Source of the DNA: Candidatus Nomurabacteria bacterium
Lineage (GTDB): Bacteria > Patescibacteriota > Minisyncoccia > Phycocordibacterales > UBA918
Assembly: GCA_023898585.1 (NCBI GenBank)
Contig: CP060229.1
Coordinates: forward strand, 662,587-726,586
Reading direction: 5' to 3'
DNA: 64,000 bases
The notes under the pieces were generated by a model, which ran no database searches, was not told the origin of the DNA, and saw only the letters and a list, made by a program, of their open reading frames with translations. Of the stretch, positions 50,607-60,630 are shown piece after piece; position 1 is the stretch's first letter, and the number at the start of each line of letters is the position of its first letter. Both the position numbers and the translations under genes were made by a program.

Positions 50607-50978
50607 TTAACTCTTACTTTTCTTGTAGCAGTCGAGACATTTTAAGTTGTTGGTACTGCGTGGGGTAAATGGTAGGGAAGTAATCTCGGCTCCACAGTCG
50701 GCGCACTGCCAATTACCGGTGAATCTGGTTTTTTCTCCCGGGGTAACGACTTCTCCTTCATCGTCTCCTGGGGCAGGTTCTGTCGCTACCTCCGCATGCT
50801 CTGGCGCATCATCCGGTATCTCAGTCGCTGAAACAACGCCAGAATCGTGTTGATTGTCTCTGTCTTTTTTCTTACTCCAACAACTTCTACAGGTTAATCC
50901 CGATTCGCTTCTCGGTTCAAATGGGAGTTCGGTTATCGCCCCTCCGCAATTACTACATTTCCAATTTCCTTGATACAT
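50607..50978 (-). CDS. Tandem CxxC-x17-CxxC zinc-ribbon protein with acidic linker
   Basis: GNWKCSNCGGAITELPFEPRS...CRSC and GNWQCADCGAEITSLPFTPRS...CLDC, separated by a D/E/P-rich linker. Confidence 0.5.
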   Translation of the reverse strand: MYQGNWKCSNCGGAITELPFEPRSESGLTCRSCWSKKKDRDNQHDSGVVSATEIPDDAPEHAEVATEPAPGDDEGEVVTPGEKTRFTGNWQCADCGAEITSLPFTPRSTNNLKCLDCYKKSKS

Positions 50979-51110
50979 ATTTTGGTGTAAAAATTATCTT
51001 ATGTGATGTAGTATACATTACACTGTATGGGTCGCGGAAAGTAATTGCCCTTCATCTTCTACAGTAAGTCTGTTCAAACCTAATCCGTCGGAACTCCTTT
51101 TCCTTCATTT

Positions 51111-52394
51111 TTGTTTATGCACTTCTTCGAATCATTAGCTAGTCTATCCTTCTTCGATTTTAGCTATTGGAGTTATGTTTTGATTTTTGTCACCGCCTCT
51201 CTTGAAGCAGTGCCGTTGTTGGGCTTCTTTTCTCCCGGGATGGTCATTGTGATAATTGGTGGGTTGCTGGCTAAGTTGGGTGTTCTCGGTCTCGGGGAGG
51301 TGGTTTTGTTTGCTTCCTTGGGGGCGACAATAGGAGATTTGATTGGGTATTATATTGGCAGTAGATACGGGTATTCTTTTTTGGATAAATATGGAAAGTA
51401 TTTCTTGTTTCGAAAGAGGCAGTACGAAATAACAAAGCATGTGATGAATAATCACACCGGAAAATCGCTTATTATAGGTAGGTTTAATTCTTTTACTCGG
51501 TCATTCGCTCCGTTTATCGCTGGATCGACCGATACACCTTTTGGTCGATTTTTGATGTTTAACGTCATTGGGGGAATAGCCTGGGCTGTTACCTTTGTGA
51601 TGGTTGGATATATTTTCGGACATAGTTACGAGTTGGTTTCAAGATATATAGGATTTTTTGTCACCGGTGCCATACTTTTGAGTATAGGGATTATCTACAG
51701 TTACCGATTCATAAACAACAAAAGACATATATTTTCGAGGTACCACCTTCATATCCTTATGTTGAACATTTTCACGTTGTATGTTTTTTCGAAACTGGTA
51801 GAAGAAGTGGCGCGTGGTGAGGGTGGAAGAATTGCTAACTTTGACATCTGGCTTGGCTCCGAAGTAATGTCTTGGTGGTCGTCGCATTTAAATAGCGCTA
51901 TGATTGTTGTCACTAATGTGGCCAGTCCGTTGTGTCTGTCACTTCTCACAACAATCCTACTTTGTGTCTTTTATGTGAAGCGGAAATGGTACCATTTGTT
52001 TCTTTTGATTTTCGGCATGGCGGGTGGTTTGTTGACTGAAATAAGCATTAAAATTTTGGTACAAAGAGAGAGGCCACTTTTTTCTCTAGTCGATGAAACT
52101 GGTTATAGTTTTCCGAGTGGTCATGCCACTATGGCCACTATCTTTTTCCTCGTCTTCTTACTTGCCTTTAAGGACGACATAAAAAACAAGTACTTAAAAT
52201 ATGCTTTTATTGTAGCTGTCATTTTAACTTTCATTTCCGTGGGATTCAGTCGTATTTATCTCAGCGCGCATTGGTTTAGTGATGTGTTGGCCGGTTTTGT
52301 TTTGGGAATATTTTGGCTTACGCTGTTGATGCTTGTTTTTAAATTTATCATTACCGTTGTCTATAAAAGATTGGATAAACTAAGAAATACATGA
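51111..52394 (+). CDS. DedA (SNARE-associated) domain fused to a PAP2 phosphatase domain
   Basis: DedA core (GFFSPG...GYYIGSRYG...GRFNSFTRSFAPFIAG) followed by PAP2 motifs KILVQRERP, PSGH and SRIYLSAHWFSD. Confidence 0.7.
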   Translation: MFMHFFESLASLSFFDFSYWSYVLIFVTASLEAVPLLGFFSPGMVIVIIGGLLAKLGVLGLGEVVLFASLGATIGDLIGYYIGSRYGYSFLDKYGKYFLFRKRQYEITKHVMNNHTGKSLIIGRFNSFTRSFAPFIAGSTDTPFGRFLMFNVIGGIAWAVTFVMVGYIFGHSYELVSRYIGFFVTGAILLSIGIIYSYRFINNKRHIFSRYHLHILMLNIFTLYVFSKLVEEVARGEGGRIANFDIWLGSEVMSWWSSHLNSAMIVVTNVASPLCLSLLTTILLCVFYVKRKWYHLFLLIFGMAGGLLTEISIKILVQRERPLFSLVDETGYSFPSGHATMATIFFLVFLLAFKDDIKNKYLKYAFIVAVILTFISVGFSRIYLSAHWFSDVLAGFVLGIFWLTLLMLVFKFIITVVYKRLDKLRNT

Positions 52395-52430
52395 CCGGAG
52401 GGCGAGCTAGGTATATAGATTCGTAATAGT

Positions 52431-53099
52431 ATGAAAAATGTTGCTACACACAAAAAATCGTACGTCAGTTTCAACGGTTTTGGAATTGATGTGGCGATTG
52501 GTAGGGCTGACGATTTGGATAGAATGTCGCTTGTGGATATTGACATGAGAGATTGTCCCCGTGTTCTTGATTTGGGTTGCGGAGCCGGTGGCCATTCATT
52601 TCGGATGGCCGGAAGAGGAGCAGTTGTTACGGCGGTTGATAGGTGTGATTTTTCTCAAGAATTCAGGCAAAACAAAGAGTCTATGGATGCTCTGGCCGGT
52701 TTTGTAGAATTTATTCAAGGCGACATAGCCGAATTAAGTAAGCATATAAAAGATAAAAGCTTCCATTTAGGCTATATGCAAAGGACTCTCCATTATTTGA
52801 AATACCCACAAGCCTTCCAGTTACTAGTCTATCTGCATGAAATAATTCTCGACAAATTATTCATATCTGTCACAGGGATCGAATCGGAAGTGGGTGTTGA
52901 TTATGAAGGCCGAAATGTTGCGATTGAAGATAGGTTTTTTTTACTCCATCCCGAGCGAGCCGAGATGTTTAGTATTCACGAGCCGGTTTGTCTTTTTTCG
53001 GAAAGAGAATTTGTAGAGTTGTTAGAGAGTGCTGGTTGGAGAGTCGAGCGTTGCTGGCTGTCCGCTTTCGGCAATATAAAAGTTGTCTGCACACATTAA
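52431..53099 (+). CDS. Class I SAM-dependent methyltransferase
   Basis: Motif I VLDLGCGAGGHS. Confidence 0.65.
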   Translation: MKNVATHKKSYVSFNGFGIDVAIGRADDLDRMSLVDIDMRDCPRVLDLGCGAGGHSFRMAGRGAVVTAVDRCDFSQEFRQNKESMDALAGFVEFIQGDIAELSKHIKDKSFHLGYMQRTLHYLKYPQAFQLLVYLHEIILDKLFISVTGIESEVGVDYEGRNVAIEDRFFLLHPERAEMFSIHEPVCLFSEREFVELLESAGWRVERCWLSAFGNIKVVCTH

Positions 53100-53125
53100 A
53101 TATCATATTCTATTAAACAAATTTT

Positions 53126-53872
53126 ATGGACAAAAACACCTCAGTCGGGAGAAGAAAAAGTGATAGAGATTTGCTTTATATCAAAGACACGCAAAAGGTT
53201 ACGGAACTGGCCATGGAAGCGGTGGTGCTGTATTTAAGTAGTGCAGAAAAACCGACTTCCGAAGAGGCTCATAAAATAATTGATGAGGTGCTGAAGGATC
53301 ATGACTGTGAATCACCGCACGGCCATATAGTGGCTGGTGGAGCACAGAGCGCTAAGCCACATGAAATCGGGGAGGGTGAAATAGAAAAAGGCGTGCCGAT
53401 AGTGATTGATATTTTTCCAAGATCACGAACTACCGGTTATTTCGCGGACATGAGCAGAACCGTTTGTATCGGCCAACCCTCTGACAAATTACAAAAAATG
53501 TACCATGATGTTCTGTCTCTGCAATTGCTTGCCATATCAATGATTAAACCGGGAGTTAAGTGTTCTGAAATACATACGGCTGTGGCTGATCATTTTAAAA
53601 AGGCCGGCTATGTCACTTCAGGTAAGGGTGAAGAATTCAGGTTTGCTGAAGGGTTTGTTCATAGTGTTGGTCACGGTGTCGGACTTAACATTCACGAAGC
53701 TCCGTATTTAGGTAGCGAGAGCGTTGATGTTTTGTGTGAGGGTGATGTGATAACAATCGAACCGGGACTTTATTATAAAGAGATTGGTGGAGTGAGATTG
53801 GAAGATCTGCTGGTAGTCACTTCTGAAGGCTCTGAAAATCTGACTAATTATCCAAAAAATATCTCAATATAA
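53126..53872 (+). CDS. M24-family metallopeptidase (catalytic pita-bread domain only)
   Basis: Metal ligands in DIFPRS...ADMSRT, HSVGHGVGLNIHE, ITIEPGLY and RLEDL. Confidence 0.7.
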   Translation: MDKNTSVGRRKSDRDLLYIKDTQKVTELAMEAVVLYLSSAEKPTSEEAHKIIDEVLKDHDCESPHGHIVAGGAQSAKPHEIGEGEIEKGVPIVIDIFPRSRTTGYFADMSRTVCIGQPSDKLQKMYHDVLSLQLLAISMIKPGVKCSEIHTAVADHFKKAGYVTSGKGEEFRFAEGFVHSVGHGVGLNIHEAPYLGSESVDVLCEGDVITIEPGLYYKEIGGVRLEDLLVVTSEGSENLTNYPKNISI

Positions 53873-53892
53873 AATAATGCTAAACTAGTGTC

Positions 53893-54753
53893 ATGAAAAT
53901 ACTTGCCGAAATAAGTGAAAAATCTCTCGGTCTTACCGGTGATTGTGAGAGGTTGGGAAGTGATTACGAGTTAAGAAAAAGTGCTAGAGTCATTTTGCTC
54001 AATAAAAAAGGAGAAATGGCTGTCCAGTATTTAAGCAATTATGGTTTCCATAAACTACCGGGTGGTGGTGTTGATGCGGGAGAGACGATAGAAGAAGCTT
54101 TGAAGCGAGAGGCTTTGGAAGAGGTTGGTTGTGATTGTGAGATTGTTCGGGAAGTGGGAATGACTATTGAATATCGTAATAAGTATCAGCTATTGCACAT
54201 CTCATATTGCTTTGTTGCTAATATGGTCGGAGAAGTGGGGCAGACTAAACTAGAGGAAGGAGAAATCGAAGAAGGTCAGGAAACCCTCTGGATGCCACCA
54301 GCGATCGCTTTCGAGAAGATGAAAAAAGATAAGCCGGGAAAGTTTGAAGGTCACTTCATCCTTGAGAGAGAAACCAGTTTCTTGGATGAATATTTAAAAA
54401 ACAACAACTCAAAACAGAAACACGAACAAATACAGTACATCGAGTTCTTGTCGAACGATATAGAAAGAATAAAGAAATTTTATTCAGGATGTTTTGGTTG
54501 GGAATTTACAGATTACGGAAAAGAATATTCCGCTTTTTCCGGTGAATATGTCGATGGAGGTTTTGGTGTCGGAGAGCCGGTCAAAGGTAGTGTCCTGACT
54601 GTTTTGTATTCTGAAGATTTGGAAACCACTAAAGAAAAAGTGAAAAAGGCTGGCGGGGTGATTACTAAAGAGACTTTTTCATTTCCGGGAGGGAGGAGGT
54701 TTGAGTTCGAAGATATCGACGGAAACAAATTGGCCGTCTGGTCAGATCGATAG
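53893..54753 (+). CDS. Nudix hydrolase fused to a VOC/glyoxalase-like domain
   Basis: Nudix box GGGVDAGETIEEALKREALEEVG, and a C-terminal VOC pattern FSGCFGWEF...FEFEDIDGNKLAVWS. Confidence 0.65.
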   Translation: MKILAEISEKSLGLTGDCERLGSDYELRKSARVILLNKKGEMAVQYLSNYGFHKLPGGGVDAGETIEEALKREALEEVGCDCEIVREVGMTIEYRNKYQLLHISYCFVANMVGEVGQTKLEEGEIEEGQETLWMPPAIAFEKMKKDKPGKFEGHFILERETSFLDEYLKNNNSKQKHEQIQYIEFLSNDIERIKKFYSGCFGWEFTDYGKEYSAFSGEYVDGGFGVGEPVKGSVLTVLYSEDLETTKEKVKKAGGVITKETFSFPGGRRFEFEDIDGNKLAVWSDR

Positions 54754-54903
54754 TCTTAAAAGAAACCCCAGTGTATACTTGGTGTTGCGGTATCCCGACC
54801 TCTCAACCCCTTACATATTTCTTTAGTCTCACAACATCACTAATAATGGTGTTCATTCTGGTATATTAAATACGTAGAGCAAGTTGAGTTAAATGAGTAA
54901 TTC

Positions 54904-55845
54904 ATGCCATTTACTATAAACAAAGAGCCGTTTGGTAATTTCACCAAGCTCAATATAAGACACGATGACACCGGCAATACCATAACCATATTGCCGGAGA
55001 TGGGGGCTCGGCTAAATCACTTTCAGGTCGGACTCCACGGTGAATCGGTCGATATAATTGACGGTTATTCTGACACTGATGCTTTGGCTAAAGAGTCGAT
55101 GTCAAAGAGTTCTTTTTTAGCGCCATACCCCAACCGTATCGCTGACGGTAAATATAGATTTAATAATAATGTTTATCAGTTTGATATCAACAAGCCGAGA
55201 GAAAACAATTCCATACACGGCTTCTTATCGAACCAAATATTTACGGGAATCAAGAGCGGTGATGTCGATGATTGTTATGAAATTATCCTTAGTTGCAAGG
55301 TTGAGGGTGTTTCCGGATATCCTTTTCCTTTCTCGGTTGATGTGGTTTACAGGTTCGGTGGTGTTTGGCTTCAAGTTGATACCATAATAACAAACACAGG
55401 GCAAAATGTAATTCCGGTTGGTTTTGGCTGGCACCCTTACTTTAGAATGACCGGGACGGTTGATAATTTACTGATGCAAATGTCGGGAGTGGATAAAATC
55501 GAAGTGGATAAAAGACTGATTCCGACCGGAGAAAAGATCAAATATAAAAGATTTGACAAATTTACCCGAATAGGCGACATAGAGCTAGACACAGGATTTG
55601 TTTTTTTGAATGATCAAAAGGAAATTCAGCTACTTGATGAGGCACACGGTATGTATGTAACTATCTCAATGAGGGGAAAAGATAATCAATACAAATATGT
55701 ACAACTTTATACACCACCTCATAGGGGGTCCATCGCCATCGAGCCAATGACTTGCGCAACCGATGCTTTTAACAATGGTTGGGGACTCAAGAAATTAAGC
55801 CCTAGAGAGTGTCTCCGCGCGCAATTTACAATCATGGTGTCATGA
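54904..55845 (+). CDS. Aldose 1-epimerase family protein
   Basis: 313 aa, mutarotase-like pattern (GFGWHPYF, IAIEPMT). Confidence 0.7.
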   Translation: MPFTINKEPFGNFTKLNIRHDDTGNTITILPEMGARLNHFQVGLHGESVDIIDGYSDTDALAKESMSKSSFLAPYPNRIADGKYRFNNNVYQFDINKPRENNSIHGFLSNQIFTGIKSGDVDDCYEIILSCKVEGVSGYPFPFSVDVVYRFGGVWLQVDTIITNTGQNVIPVGFGWHPYFRMTGTVDNLLMQMSGVDKIEVDKRLIPTGEKIKYKRFDKFTRIGDIELDTGFVFLNDQKEIQLLDEAHGMYVTISMRGKDNQYKYVQLYTPPHRGSIAIEPMTCATDAFNNGWGLKKLSPRECLRAQFTIMVS

Positions 55846-55901
55846 CATCGAGTTTTAGCTGATTTTTGTCAGCTGTGTTATGGTAGGTAAATTAAAAAAT
55901 C

Positions 55902-57695
55902 ATGATACGAGATATCTTGCAACAAATAAGAAATGAAGTCGAAAACTGGCTTTTGTCACAGAGTGTTGTTTCGCCGGATGTTGTTTTGGAGCGGGCGGCT
56001 TCTCCGGAGTTTGGTGAGTTTTCTATCAACTCAGCGATGCGATACGCGAAGAAGCTTGGTCGCAATCCATTGGAATTTGCCGATGAACTGGCTTCTTTTT
56101 TGCAGGATAAAGCGATTGACGGACTCGGCCGAGTTGAGTCGGTCAAACCCGGTTTTGTGAATTTTTACCTCAGTTCGGTTGCTAAGAGGCAACATGTAGA
56201 AGACATAATAGAGGTTGGCTCAGCTTTTGGTAGTAATAAACTTCATCAGGGAGAAAAGTGGGTAGTTGAACACACTTCTCCTAATCCCAACAAGGCGATG
56301 CATATCGGTCACTTAAGAATCAATCTGATCGGAATGGGTATTGTTCGTCTGATGAAGGCGTCAGGGGCTGAGGTGGTTTCTGATGGTCTCTATAACGATC
56401 GGGGGATTTCGATTGCTAAAGTCATGTACGGTTATCTGGCTCATAGTAAGAAAGACAGTGAGATTCCAACTGATGTTACTTATTGGTCAAAGCATAAAGA
56501 CCAGTGGTTTACTCCGGCCGAAAAAGAAATGAAACCGGATCATTTTGTATCGGAATGTTATGTTTGGGGAGAAAAAGATTTTTCCTCAGACCACGAAATC
56601 GAGAAAACAGTGAGAAAGATGGTTGTTGATTGGGAGAGTAATCATGAAGAAACATGGCAATTATGGAAATTGGTTCTCCAGTATGCTTATGAGGGAAACG
56701 AAAGAGTTTTAAGACGTCTAGGAAGTCATTGGGACAAAATCTGGTACGAGCACGAACATTATCAGGGGGGAAAGCAATACGTGGAGGAAGGACTGAATAA
56801 GGGAGTATTTAAACGATTGGAAGATGGTGCGGTCATTACCAAACTTGAAGATAAATACGGACTTACAGATACGGTAGTCTTGAAAAACGATGGTACTTCT
56901 TTGTATCTAACCCAAGATATAGCTCTAACCGACTTAAAGAAAAAAACGTATGGTGCGGATAAACTAATTTGGGTTGTTGGTCCCGAGCAAACACTGCACA
57001 TGAAGCAACTCTTTTCAGTCTGTGAACAGTTAGGAATTGGAAAGGTTTCAGATTTTACCCACGTGTCCTACGGTAACGTCGGTCTTAAGAGTGCTGAAGG
57101 CAGGGTGGCTAAAATGTCATCGCGTGACGGAACCGTCATATTAGCTGATAATGTTATTGATGAGGTTAAAGGCACGATAATAAATCGATTTTTAAAGGAA
57201 GGTCGTGGGGAAAATTCTTCGAGTGGAGACCTGGCTGAAAAACTGGCTTTGACTGCAGTGAAATTCGGTTTTCTGAAAATGGATAAGATGCAGAATATCG
57301 CTTTTGATGTCGAACAGTCTGTGGATGTGCACGGTGACTCTGGTTTGTATGTGATGTATTCGTACGTGAGGACGCAGTCGATATTGAGGAAAGCCGGCGC
57401 CTACGGCGCCGGCCAAACAGCAGCCAACTCTGAATCAGGTGCGGAGGCACAGCTTTTACGTTCTTTACTTTACTACGAAAGTGTCGTAGTTAAATCCGTT
57501 GAGGAACTGTCTGTTCATCATATAGCTCAGTACTTGCTTGAGTTAAGTAGTGAGTTTAACGCTTGGTACGCAAAAGAGACTATTCTCGACGGTTCGGAAG
57601 CTCAAGGTTTTAAACTGGCCTTAGTCGAGGCGGTTGGAATAATCATTCAGAATGGATTAAATCTACTGGGTATTGAGACAGTAGATGAGATGTAA
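55902..57695 (+). CDS. argS: Arginine--tRNA ligase
   Basis: HIGHLR motif, KMSSRDG (KMSK-like) and a DALR anticodon-binding C-terminus. Confidence 0.9.
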   Translation: MIRDILQQIRNEVENWLLSQSVVSPDVVLERAASPEFGEFSINSAMRYAKKLGRNPLEFADELASFLQDKAIDGLGRVESVKPGFVNFYLSSVAKRQHVEDIIEVGSAFGSNKLHQGEKWVVEHTSPNPNKAMHIGHLRINLIGMGIVRLMKASGAEVVSDGLYNDRGISIAKVMYGYLAHSKKDSEIPTDVTYWSKHKDQWFTPAEKEMKPDHFVSECYVWGEKDFSSDHEIEKTVRKMVVDWESNHEETWQLWKLVLQYAYEGNERVLRRLGSHWDKIWYEHEHYQGGKQYVEEGLNKGVFKRLEDGAVITKLEDKYGLTDTVVLKNDGTSLYLTQDIALTDLKKKTYGADKLIWVVGPEQTLHMKQLFSVCEQLGIGKVSDFTHVSYGNVGLKSAEGRVAKMSSRDGTVILADNVIDEVKGTIINRFLKEGRGENSSSGDLAEKLALTAVKFGFLKMDKMQNIAFDVEQSVDVHGDSGLYVMYSYVRTQSILRKAGAYGAGQTAANSESGAEAQLLRSLLYYESVVVKSVEELSVHHIAQYLLELSSEFNAWYAKETILDGSEAQGFKLALVEAVGIIIQNGLNLLGIETVDEM

Positions 57696-57900
57696 TTTTT
57701 TCATCACCGGTAAAATCATCAATATCAAGGTTCCACCTTGATATTTGTAGTTGGATTTGCGGTTAGTAATTGGACATACGTCCAAAACTATTAGGTATTT
57801 TACTTTTTTAATCTGATTTTGTAGAGCTGGTCATATTAAGCGTGTATACTAGGCAACGAAACTCTAATTATCAAAACATAGAAAATCTCAACATATTTTT

Positions 57901-58623
57901 ATGAAAGACTTACTTATTCCAATTTCAATTGTGATTGCTGGTATATTTATCGGAGGGGGGCTTTATTTTGGGGGAGGAGGTGAACAGTTGGCCGGTACTG
58001 CTAAAAATGAACAAAACTCCCCAACTCCAGTTACTCCTTCCAAACAGAAAAGCTCAATGGAGGATTTGGTGAAGAGGGCTGGGGTGGATATGGGAGATTT
58101 TACGAAATGCTTCGAAGCCGGTGAAACACTATCGTCTGTTCAGGAAGATATTGACAACGCGATTGCAACCGGTGGACGAGGTACTCCTTGGGGAATTGTG
58201 ATTGGACCAGGTGGTAAAAAATACCCATTAAATGGGGCTGTTCCACAACAAGAAATTGAACGTTTGGTGGAACTAGCTAAATCAGAATCTGGAAGCGCGC
58301 CCGAGCAAACCGAGGAAGCCAAGATGCTGGAAGAAGTAAATCCTGTCACTTCTGAAGATAATGTTAAAGGAGACGTGGAGAATGCCAAAGTTACGATTGT
58401 TGAATATTCCGATTTCGATTGTCCTTTCTGTACCCGTTTTCATGCAACGATGAATTCCGTTTTTGCAAAATATAACGGAGAAGTGGCGTGGGTATATCGA
58501 CATTTTCCCTTGGAGCAATTACACCCTAACGCCAAAGCTGTAGCTGTAGCTTCAGAATGTGTCGCAAAACTCGGCGGTAATGACGCTTTCTGGACTTTTG
58601 CCGATGGATATTTGTCCGAATAA
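57901..58623 (+). CDS. Circularly permuted DsbA-like thioredoxin-fold protein, paralog of 508-1302
   Basis: The order of homologous segments is inverted relative to the paralog. The cis-Pro segment (CFEAGETLSSV...GGRGTPWGIVIG) comes first, followed by the CPFC half (VTIVEYSDFDCPFCTRFH...WVYRHFPLEQLHPN...LGGNDAFWTF). Confidence 0.6.
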   Translation: MKDLLIPISIVIAGIFIGGGLYFGGGGEQLAGTAKNEQNSPTPVTPSKQKSSMEDLVKRAGVDMGDFTKCFEAGETLSSVQEDIDNAIATGGRGTPWGIVIGPGGKKYPLNGAVPQQEIERLVELAKSESGSAPEQTEEAKMLEEVNPVTSEDNVKGDVENAKVTIVEYSDFDCPFCTRFHATMNSVFAKYNGEVAWVYRHFPLEQLHPNAKAVAVASECVAKLGGNDAFWTFADGYLSE

Positions 58624-58834
58624 CTCACACCACTCTTTTTAGAAAAGACGTATCTCGGATAGCTTTAAGTACCGTATGAACCCTTACGCACTGGAGGTGG
58701 ATCTTTCTTGCCTTCAACCGGGTTAATTGTGAACTCTAGAGCATGTCCAAAAACCCTCCGAGCTCCAAAGGTTTGCAGAATTTGAGACAAAAAATTGATA
58801 GAGTCTGATGTAATGTGTCAGTAACATCTAGACA

Positions 58835-59842
58835 TCAAGAACCTCGGCCATAAATGGAGTGTAGTTTGGAAACGTGTTCTTGGTATGTTTTAGAACAATG
58901 ATAACCATTTCTCGAAGAATGAAAGTAGAATAGGCAATCAGTCGCGATCGGATTCAGAGCGGCTAAAACAGCATCGGCAGAAGGGTTTGCGATCGGGGTC
59001 GGGGGAAGTCCTGAGTTTTTGTAGGTGTTGTAATCGGACTTAATAAACTTGTCTTGGGGGTTTACAGCCGGCCACCATTTAGGCTCATAAGGATTGCCTC
59101 CTTTTATATACTGGAGGGTCGCGTCAAGCTGTAGGGGCATGTCTATAAAAAGACGGTTCCATATAACACCGGATATTTCTCTCATATTATTAAAGTCGCT
59201 TGCTTCACGTTCCAGTAGCGAAGCTATAATCAAAGCATCATTTAGAGGTACTTGCGCCGAAATCTCTGGTGGGTATCTTTTCAGAATTTCCTCAGTGAAC
59301 TCTTTCTCGATAAGTAATTTTACCTCACGGGGAGTGGCTCCTCGGTGAGCGACGTACTGCCCCGGGAAATACTTACCTTCGTTCATGGCTGGCTCGGAAG
59401 TGTCTATTATTTCTTGAAAATCAATCCGGTCTTGTTTAGTCCAATGCAAAATATCACCGATATTTTTTGCAATTTCTTCCTTTCTTTCTCCGGGCCAGAT
59501 AACGACAATTCTGCTTACAGGTGAAGCGAGATTCTGGTACCAAGTTTCATCAGCAAAAAACGCCGCCACTTTATTCCACCAGTTGTTAGAAGAATTTGGC
59601 GCCGAGGCGAGCGAGTTTTGGTAATAAAAGTCTACCGTATTATTCTCAACTATAGTTTTTGTTTCGGGATTGACACTGATAGGAAATGGTTCGATTTTTT
59701 CCGTTTGGTTTTGCATGTTAACCGCAAACGAGAAAATCAAGTCTTTTGATTCAAGTATAAAAACAAAGGCAATTACGCAGGCTATAGCGAGCGAAACTGT
59801 TAGAGCGATAATGCTTTTAATGATTTGTTTCTTGGCGGGCAT
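58835..59842 (-). CDS. mltG: Endolytic murein transglycosylase MltG/YceG
   Basis: N-terminal TM helix and C-terminal GLPPTPIANP...YFHSSRNGYHCSKTYQEH. Confidence 0.8.
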   Translation of the reverse strand: MPAKKQIIKSIIALTVSLAIACVIAFVFILESKDLIFSFAVNMQNQTEKIEPFPISVNPETKTIVENNTVDFYYQNSLASAPNSSNNWWNKVAAFFADETWYQNLASPVSRIVVIWPGERKEEIAKNIGDILHWTKQDRIDFQEIIDTSEPAMNEGKYFPGQYVAHRGATPREVKLLIEKEFTEEILKRYPPEISAQVPLNDALIIASLLEREASDFNNMREISGVIWNRLFIDMPLQLDATLQYIKGGNPYEPKWWPAVNPQDKFIKSDYNTYKNSGLPPTPIANPSADAVLAALNPIATDCLFYFHSSRNGYHCSKTYQEHVSKLHSIYGRGS

Positions 59843-59953
59843 GTTGTTAATTATGTCATATTTATGTAATAAAATGATCGGGAGATGGGGGTTCGGATTA
59901 ATACTGAGTTAAATGAGGTATAATATAATAAAGTTAAGTTTGTAATTTAATTC

Positions 59954-60577
59954 ATGAAAAAGATGAAACACTTAATCCTTGTTGTTATTTTTGCACTAAC
60001 TGTTACTGGGTTCGCTTATTTCGCATTGTTTTCGACTCCCGCCTTTGAAGATCCGGTAAAGCGTGTCGATAACTTAGTCGACACCACCCCATCCCGAGAC
60101 GCAAAAGTTGATAATGAGACGGAGGATCTTTCCGGATTGGCAACGCTTTCGGAACTGCAGAAACTTGGAAAAAACATTGAATGTACAATCACGTACCAAC
60201 CGAATGAATTAGAGTCTGAAATAGAAGGTACTTATTTTGTCAGTGAAGATGGGGTGCGGGGAGACTTTCTGATTGATTCTCCGGATTTTTCTAGCCAGAT
60301 TCTTTCTTCAATGATCATTGTCGACGACACGATGTATCTTTGGACGGAAATAGAAGGGGAGGCCTATGGCACCAAAACCGATTTGTCAAAAGAATCAGAC
60401 GCTTCTCTCAAAACTAACGAACCTGTGCCTCTCGATGATAAAGTGAGATACAATTGCAAAACGTGGGAAAATGTCGACAGGACTGTTTTTGTCCCGCCAA
60501 GCAGTGTCTTGTTCCAAGATCTTGATAGTTTACCAAAGATTGATATGGAGTACGGAACGATTTACGAATCACCGTAA
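59954..60577 (+). CDS. Secreted hypothetical protein
   Basis: Signal peptide, 207 aa, acidic. Confidence 0.4.
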   Translation: MKKMKHLILVVIFALTVTGFAYFALFSTPAFEDPVKRVDNLVDTTPSRDAKVDNETEDLSGLATLSELQKLGKNIECTITYQPNELESEIEGTYFVSEDGVRGDFLIDSPDFSSQILSSMIIVDDTMYLWTEIEGEAYGTKTDLSKESDASLKTNEPVPLDDKVRYNCKTWENVDRTVFVPPSSVLFQDLDSLPKIDMEYGTIYESP

Positions 60578-60630
60578 GAATAGCCAATGGAGTTTGTCTA
60601 GAAGACAAACAGTCTCAACTCGATCTGTTT

